The notes beneath the pieces are model-generated. The model did not search any database, was not told the origin of the DNA, and saw nothing but the letters and a program-made list of their open reading frames with translations. From an uncultured Armatimonadetes bacterium (GTDB lineage: Bacteria; Armatimonadota; UBA5829; DTJY01), in the NCBI GenBank assembly GCA_963717145.1, contig OY970325.1, positions 448,001-512,000 on the forward strand: DNA of 64,000 nucleotides, given 5' to 3'. Positions within the stretch are counted from its first letter, which is position 1; every line of letters starts with the position of its first letter. The position numbers and the translations under genes are program-made. Shown here in pieces: positions 58,049-64,000 of this stretch.

Positions 58049-59467
58049 TCACAGCGTCAGCACCGGCTGGAAGCGCCACTGCTGATTGGGTTGAGGGGTG
58101 GGGGATCGCAGGACAGCCCCCAGACCGTCGAGGGAGAGCATCTCCCCCGTGCCGTCATTGGTGATGCGGAAGCATCCGTCCCTGGTGCGGCCCAGCGTCC
58201 ATCGCTGCTTCAGATCGGTGCTGTCCCAGTTCTGGATGATGCCGCCATCCCGCGCCTCGAGGGCCAGCCCGCTGTGGACCGCGATGATTCGGTAATGGTT
58301 CTTCCCGAGATGATACAGCCAGAAGAGGCCGAGCGGCGCTTTCGCCGGACCTGTGCCCCCGAGAACCGCGCCGGGAGCACCCTGGCTGAGCGTCTCCGAG
58401 TTGATGATGCCTAAGCGCGTGTGCCCATCGCGTGCGACGATCCGGTACGCGCCGTCTATGAGCAATCCTCCAGGCACGACCGACGGCTTCCCGGCGATCC
58501 ACTCCCTGACCCGATCGTAGAGAGCATGCGGGTTCAGCGCGCCCGTCTTGTCGCGGATCTGGCGTCCGAGTTCGCAGTGCGACGTGTCCGAGACGCACCA
58601 CTGATTCCGCTCGGTGGGATCGTCGTATGAGCCGACGATCACGTACTCGGGGTGATTCTTCCTCGCCAGCGCGAAGTTGTAGTCGAGCCATGCCATCGAC
58701 TTCCGCCACATCGCTCCGTCGGCGGGATTCCATCGAACTGCGGACGTGACGTACATCGAGTCGCCGCTGGGGACGCTCCCGACCCACGGCTCGAGTTGCC
58801 ATCCCCACTTGTTGATGCACGAATCCTCCCCCGATGCCCACACCAGGCTGAACCGCGAAGAGAACGTCTGTAGGGGCGCGCCTTGTGCCGCCCGGCCTTG
58901 TGCCTTCTCCGACGCTGCGGGCGGCACAAGGCGCGCCCCTACAGACGTTTTGCCCATCTTCAGGTACGCCCGATACCAGTCGCGGATCGAGTAGCAGACG
59001 ATCAGCGGCTTGCCTCTGTAATGGAAGTAGGTCTTGGGGTGGGGCGCATCCGGGCCGGCGAACTTGTCCCATATGTCCTTGGCATGGCTCTCGAAGGAGG
59101 CCGTGTTCCCACCGCTGTTCTCCGCAACGCAGAACTTCATCCCCCGCTCGGCGCAGAGCTTCTGGATGAGTTGACACCGACCGTCGAGCCAGTTCCAGCC
59201 GTTCGTCAGGTCCGCGATGACGATGGTGACCCCAGCCGCCTTGATCCCGTCGAGATACGGGCCGTACTGGCTCTCGTCCGACCAGTCGAGCGTCTTCCAT
59301 TCGCCGTTGACGAGGTTACGGGTGGCGTCCGGGTTCTTCTCGTTCCACCACGCCTGGTCGTGCCCATACCAGATCATGATCCACGTGGCGTATGTCGTCG
59401 CGCGGCCTTGGCTGCCCATCACGAGCATGAGCGCGCCCAGCAGGAAGAAACGCACCAGATACTTCAT
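58049..59467 (-). CDS. Secreted glycoside-hydrolase-like protein with C-terminal ricin-B-like domain
   Basis: YRGKPLI; C-terminal YRIIAVHSGLALE, QRW, NQQWRF (QxW repeats). Confidence 0.65.
   Translation of the reverse strand: MKYLVRFFLLGALMLVMGSQGRATTYATWIMIWYGHDQAWWNEKNPDATRNLVNGEWKTLDWSDESQYGPYLDGIKAAGVTIVIADLTNGWNWLDGRCQLIQKLCAERGMKFCVAENSGGNTASFESHAKDIWDKFAGPDAPHPKTYFHYRGKPLIVCYSIRDWYRAYLKMGKTSVGARLVPPAASEKAQGRAAQGAPLQTFSSRFSLVWASGEDSCINKWGWQLEPWVGSVPSGDSMYVTSAVRWNPADGAMWRKSMAWLDYNFALARKNHPEYVIVGSYDDPTERNQWCVSDTSHCELGRQIRDKTGALNPHALYDRVREWIAGKPSVVPGGLLIDGAYRIVARDGHTRLGIINSETLSQGAPGAVLGGTGPAKAPLGLFWLYHLGKNHYRIIAVHSGLALEARDGGIIQNWDSTDLKQRWTLGRTRDGCFRITNDGTGEMLSLDGLGAVLRSPTPQPNQQWRFQPVLTL
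58863..58949. repeat. GTAG...CTAC REP-like inverted repeat inside coding sequence
   Basis: 58863-58894 is the exact reverse complement of 58918-58949. Confidence 0.9.
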
Positions 59468-60966
59468 TCCGTGTTCGCCTTGTGTGTGCGATTCGACAAG
59501 AGCTTCTCCCACTTGAGCAGACGAGCGATGGAGGTGAAGCTGTCTCGACCCCGGCCGATGTAGACCGCCCTGCACGCATCATACACCGCCGGATCGATCT
59601 CCGCGAGGGGCAGCCATCCGGTGATCCCTGTGCTGTCGTACTTGACTGACCCGCCCGAGCCATCGACCCGTGTGTTGAAGGTGGTCTCTCCCGGGCGATA
59701 GATGTTCTTGAGGAATGTATTGTCAAACCGCCGGAGGTCCGTCTTGTCGAACGCCACCCCCGCGCGCCCCGCGTTGAGCGCGAGTTGGATGTTGAGCGTC
59801 GCGTGCGAGTTGTCCTCGATCACCGGCTTCGGAGCCATCACGGGGTAGTTGTCCGAGAGATCATCCTCGCGCGAGTACCCGGTGTTGAGCGGCTCATACC
59901 AGTAGTACCAGACGTACCGGTCGCCGTCGACCAGCTTCAGCCGGTTCTTGAAGAGGTTCGCCATCCGGGTTGACTGATCGAGGTAGAAGCTTTTGCCCGT
60001 GAGCCGATAGAGCGCCAACTCCGAGCTGACGTGCATGCCGAGGTAGTTGAACGGCTCGGGGAGGTTGTCGTATGGGAACGGGCCGCCGCGCTCGCACGTG
60101 ATGTAGTAGCCCTCATCCTTGCCCGGTCCATTGCGGAAGTGACTCTTTGCTTCCTCGTACGATTCATCCGCCGCCTTGGTGAATCGATCGGCTGCCGGCA
60201 GGAACTCCTTCAGTGAGTCGTCGGCCTTCACGATCTCGGCGAACCGGAGCAGCGGATAGTAGATGATGCCGAGATACCCGACATACGCGAGCTTGAGGGA
60301 CCGGAGCGTGACCTGCTGAGTCCTCGGCAGGCCCGAACCCCTAACCAGCGGAATCGCCTTGATGAGTTGGGAAATCTCCGTGCACTCGCCGGCGGGCGCT
60401 CCCGGTGTCGGCGATGGATTGTTGATGATCGTCTCGAAGTAGCGCGGGCTCTTCGGATCGGTGCTGAGGTTGGTGAACGTCTCGGTGCGCTTCCAGTACT
60501 CGTTGGTGACTCTCAGTGCGAACACGCGACCCGTGACTGTGACCTGCACCCTGGTCTGATCGTTGTAGGCGTAGGGAGTCGAGCGCAGGCGGATGATATC
60601 GCGGCCGGACGCGTCCCGCAGAGTCCCCTCCGCGACTGTGTACTTCACGCCCATGCTCCAGGCCTTGTGGACCTTGCCCGTCCAGTCCTTCACTCTCCGC
60701 CGATCGTCACGGTGCCCGAGCATCTGATCGCCGCGCTGAACGAGCACTCGCAGGTACTTCGAATCGCCTGTCGCCTCGTACATATCGACGATGCCGTTGA
60801 GCGCGCCGGCCTCGCCCCACGCGAGCTGGCTCGCGTCCTTGTTCACGAGCCAGGGATCCTTCTGGAGTTGGGCCATCAGCTCGTCGGCCTTCTCGCGGGT
60901 GATGGTGACGGCAAGACACGGCGTCATCATCACCATCAGGCACAAAGTGATCAACCCTTCCTTCAT
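59464..60966 (-). CDS. Secreted hypothetical protein (alpha/alpha-barrel-like)
   Basis: Signal peptide; MYEATGDSKYL and LYRLTGKSFYL helix-pair motifs. Confidence 0.6.
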   Translation of the reverse strand: MKEGLITLCLMVMMTPCLAVTITREKADELMAQLQKDPWLVNKDASQLAWGEAGALNGIVDMYEATGDSKYLRVLVQRGDQMLGHRDDRRRVKDWTGKVHKAWSMGVKYTVAEGTLRDASGRDIIRLRSTPYAYNDQTRVQVTVTGRVFALRVTNEYWKRTETFTNLSTDPKSPRYFETIINNPSPTPGAPAGECTEISQLIKAIPLVRGSGLPRTQQVTLRSLKLAYVGYLGIIYYPLLRFAEIVKADDSLKEFLPAADRFTKAADESYEEAKSHFRNGPGKDEGYYITCERGGPFPYDNLPEPFNYLGMHVSSELALYRLTGKSFYLDQSTRMANLFKNRLKLVDGDRYVWYYWYEPLNTGYSREDDLSDNYPVMAPKPVIEDNSHATLNIQLALNAGRAGVAFDKTDLRRFDNTFLKNIYRPGETTFNTRVDGSGGSVKYDSTGITGWLPLAEIDPAVYDACRAVYIGRGRDSFTSIARLLKWEKLLSNRTHKANTE

Positions 60967-61007
60967 TCCGCGCCCCAACACCCAACACCCAACACCTGAC
61001 ACCTCTG

Positions 61008-62648
61008 CTACCTCCCGCCTCTGAGCACCGGCTCGAGTTCCGGGCTGATGTAGTGGCAGCAGAAGTAGACCTGCCCGTTCGAACCTCGTTTCGCGCACAT
61101 GTCCACTTGGCGCTTAACGTAGTCTGCCTGCCTGGGAACCGGCCCCTTATCCGATCCGGCGTAGATCGAAAGCCCTGGGATGACGTTGCTCTTCCAATCC
61201 GGGATCTTCGCCCATTCATCGAACGCGACCGAGAGCGCCGGGTCATCCACATATGCCATCGGGACCACGTAGTCGACGATCCCCTCGCGGACCCACCGAG
61301 TCCAGTCCTGAAGAACGCTGTCCCCCTGTGCTTTGGTGTAGAAGACCGCCGCGGTCACCAGTACCGTGGGACGGACCTTCTTTGCGGACTTGTACACGTC
61401 GCGCACCAGATCCGTTATCTTGTCCACCGGCCACTGAGTCCACGCCTGATCCTGTTTCTCCATCTCCGCCAACGCCTCGGCACTGGCAGACATCGGCATG
61501 GCGGGGTCATCGACGACCGGGATGATCGTCACCCCCGCGGAGAAGAATCCATGCGGGCGGTCGACTCCGAGAACCGCCAGCAGGTCGGGCTTCCCCTCCG
61601 CCAAGCCGTCGATCCACACCACGTTCATGCCGGCTTCGACCAACTTCCGCAGCCTGGACGCCTCATCGGCGGTCCACAGGTATACGCAGGGCACGACGAG
61701 GATGTCGCCGGCCTCACATTGATCGAGCTTCGACTCCACAGCCTTGACGCCGATGCGTGCGAGCCATCCCCGAGCGTATTCTCGCAGGTCAACGCCATAC
61801 TGCTTCTCGTTCACCTCCGACACGAGCAGCCTGACCGTCCTCGTCTCCGATCCGTATGCCCTGAGCCTCGACAGGAGGAAGGAGTCCAGCACCGGCCCAT
61901 TGCTCTGCTCCGCATGCCAGTTGAAGAGGAGCGCTCGCCCCGTGCCGAGCCGGTTCTCCACGATCGCCGGCAGCCCGGTCCCGAACTTCGCGAGCATCTT
62001 GCCTGTTGTGACGCCGTGGACCGCGTTCGCGGCAAGGTCGAGTCTGATCGGAAACTCCGTGGAGTCCGTCTGGCTGATCAACGCCTTGCCGGTTTGGTTC
62101 CGGAAGGCCTCCGCCGATGACTTCCCGTAGCCGAGCGATCCATAGGGATAGCGGATGTAGTCGAAGTGGATGCCGTCGAGCTTGGGGTAGTTCTTCACTG
62201 CGGAGACCATGAGGTCGCGTTGGAAGCGGAGGACCTGGGGATTCGTGAAGTCGAACCAGTCCACTTTCTTCCCCTGCGCGTCGGTTGCCATCCAGTCCGG
62301 ATGTTTGGTCGCGAAGTAGCCCGAGTCATCGCCGCCCGGCTCGCCGTTGACGTACCAGGCATGGACCTTCATACCGCGCTTGTGACCGGCCGTGATGCTG
62401 TATCCCAGCGGGTCGAAGCCCTTCTTGACATCGGGGGACATCGGGCAGAATTCGGTGCGAAACCACGCCTGCTGCCGGTAGAAGATGAGGACGTACAGGT
62501 TGTCTATCCCCGACCGCTGCGCCTGGTCGAGAGTCTTGTCCGCGGTGGCCTTGTCGATCACATTCTCGGGATGCACCCACAGGCCGTTGATTGCGAAACA
62601 GGGGACTGACGCAAGGGTGAGGAGAAAGCATGCCAACACGATCTTCAT
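61008..62648 (-). CDS. GHL10/DUF187-type glycoside hydrolase-like protein
   Basis: FDPL, GMKVHAW, HPDW, DGIHFDYIRYP, QDWTRW, DYVVPMAY. Confidence 0.82.
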   Translation of the reverse strand: MKIVLACFLLTLASVPCFAINGLWVHPENVIDKATADKTLDQAQRSGIDNLYVLIFYRQQAWFRTEFCPMSPDVKKGFDPLGYSITAGHKRGMKVHAWYVNGEPGGDDSGYFATKHPDWMATDAQGKKVDWFDFTNPQVLRFQRDLMVSAVKNYPKLDGIHFDYIRYPYGSLGYGKSSAEAFRNQTGKALISQTDSTEFPIRLDLAANAVHGVTTGKMLAKFGTGLPAIVENRLGTGRALLFNWHAEQSNGPVLDSFLLSRLRAYGSETRTVRLLVSEVNEKQYGVDLREYARGWLARIGVKAVESKLDQCEAGDILVVPCVYLWTADEASRLRKLVEAGMNVVWIDGLAEGKPDLLAVLGVDRPHGFFSAGVTIIPVVDDPAMPMSASAEALAEMEKQDQAWTQWPVDKITDLVRDVYKSAKKVRPTVLVTAAVFYTKAQGDSVLQDWTRWVREGIVDYVVPMAYVDDPALSVAFDEWAKIPDWKSNVIPGLSIYAGSDKGPVPRQADYVKRQVDMCAKRGSNGQVYFCCHYISPELEPVLRGGR

Positions 62649-62812
62649 GGTCCGCTCCTTCAGAAGGTTCATGCCTCAACCTTCCGCGTGACGGCCCGAC
62701 TATCCTTCCGCATGTGCAGGAACTCCCGGCCCTGTGGGGAACAGATCAGTGGGGCACGGGATGATTCGGATGGTGGCGACGTGTGCCTGCTCCGGTCGCA
62801 GAAGGAGATCTG

Positions 62813-63289
62813 ATGCAACTGCGGTTGATGTCGAGGATCATCGCCTACGGAATGCTGGCCTATCTCCTGGGCCTGCCGGGGGTATGGATACTGTCGATGA
62901 TCCTGGTCAACGTCCTGCCGATACCTTCACCCCACTTCATCCTGACTCTCGTGATACCTTACGTCATCCTGCGATTCGGGCTGTTCGGGGTGGTCGGCCT
63001 CAAGGTCGGGGAGAGGGCCGCCGAGCGGAAGATAGCCAACGCGCTGCTGGCGGGTGTCCTGTTGACCGTCGGGGTGATGACTCTGGATACTCTGGCAGTG
63101 AACCTCCTCCCGAAGGGTCAACCCAGGCCGGGCATGCCGCGCGGACCGCAGATGAGCATGCTCGCGGAGTGGGCGCTCTACCTGGGGATGATCGGGCTGC
63201 AGATCGCCCTCGCTGCGGCCGGAGGATGGATCGCCGCCAGACGGACTTCCGATCAAGTTGGTGCGGATCTGCGATCCGGCGTCGCCTAA
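62813..63289 (+). CDS. Small integral membrane protein
   Basis: About four hydrophobic segments; AAGGAG RBS. Confidence 0.65.
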   Translation: MQLRLMSRIIAYGMLAYLLGLPGVWILSMILVNVLPIPSPHFILTLVIPYVILRFGLFGVVGLKVGERAAERKIANALLAGVLLTVGVMTLDTLAVNLLPKGQPRPGMPRGPQMSMLAEWALYLGMIGLQIALAAAGGWIAARRTSDQVGADLRSGVA

Positions 63290-63308
63290 GGAACTATCGG
63301 CACCGGAG

Positions 63309-64000
63309 CTATCCCGGCCAGATTGCATCCATCTCCCACGCGTCCAGGGAGAGGAGAACCGACTCTCCCCCTTCCGAGAACACTTGGATCCCGCGGCTGT
63401 CCGGTCTCGTCGGGTAGACGCGCTTCGTGACGCACTGTCGCCCGTTCGCGAAGACCTCGACCACGCTCCGGTCGATGAAGATCCGCAGATCGATTTCCTC
63501 TCCCGGCCGGATCACCAGCGGGGCCACCTGCGGATCGGTTGCCGTGACCTGTGGGCTGAGGCTCGCGCGCGACGGGTCGAGGGCGAGGGTGCCGGCCCTG
63601 AGATCCACTGTAATGACCGTCTCCTCCTCGCCGCCGGTGGACCTGAGGACTTTCAGCCCGATCCGCTCCGCAGTTCCGACGCCGATCCTTGCGCGGACCT
63701 CGAGTACGTTCCCACCGATGCGATCGAGGGTGACCGCCTGTCCGCTTCCCACGACGACGTCGGAGACGCTCTGATGGCTGCCTCTCAGCGCCTGCAGTTC
63801 CGGAACGGGTTCGATCGTCAGCATGCCGTCGGAGTCCAGGGAGATGTCTCTGGGAAGGGAGAGGATACCCGACCAGCCGGCCTCCTTCATAGCATCGAAG
63901 TTCCGACCCTCCGTGACCCACGCGATCGCTACCCGCCGTCCGCCCGCGAGCTTCCAGGCGATCGGGGCCGAGAGGTCGCCGCAGATTCCCAGACGCGCGA
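63309..64000 (-). CDS. Glycoside hydrolase family 32 protein, C-terminal part (5'-truncated by window)
   Basis: GWSGILSLPR, PVPELQALR, LRIFIDRSVVEVFAN, TKRVYP. Confidence 0.88.
   Translation of the reverse strand, partial: ARLGICGDLSAPIAWKLAGGRRVAIAWVTEGRNFDAMKEAGWSGILSLPRDISLDSDGMLTIEPVPELQALRGSHQSVSDVVVGSGQAVTLDRIGGNVLEVRARIGVGTAERIGLKVLRSTGGEEETVITVDLRAGTLALDPSRASLSPQVTATDPQVAPLVIRPGEEIDLRIFIDRSVVEVFANGRQCVTKRVYPTRPDSRGIQVFSEGGESVLLSLDAWEMDAIWPG

Overview
GC-rich bacterial chromosomal window, probably from an Armatimonadota-like genome (inferred from a PEP-CTERM protein, many secreted glycoside-hydrolase-like proteins and the C-terminal domain style of the 26.2-29.3 kb protein). A backbone of sugar-metabolism and secreted/surface genes is interrupted by accessory modules: a DUF3800 pseudogene with a convergent structured small RNA, two toxin-antitoxin pairs with broken toxins, a type III restriction-modification locus with a KilA-N gene, a GHKL/histidine kinase-receiver-unknown-N6 methyltransferase operon, a DUF2589-like/M15-peptidase operon and a four-gene paralog array. 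Most notable: (1) two paralogous uncharacterised genes share the same architecture of a ~7-copy non-coding 43-bp tandem array (unrelated sequences, same period), a sigma28-like promoter, the gene and a shared heptamer trailer, each next to a defence-like locus; (2) diverged in-frame copies of host gene 3' ends delimit cargo cassettes at two loci; (3) a di-heme cytochrome c peroxidase carries four 9-Cys metallothionein-like repeats; (4) several palindromic REP-like elements are inserted in frame in enzymes. Several single-base frameshifts may be assembly errors. No rRNA, tRNA, CRISPR, integrase or transposase was recognised. All family assignments come from motif recognition by eye, not database searches.
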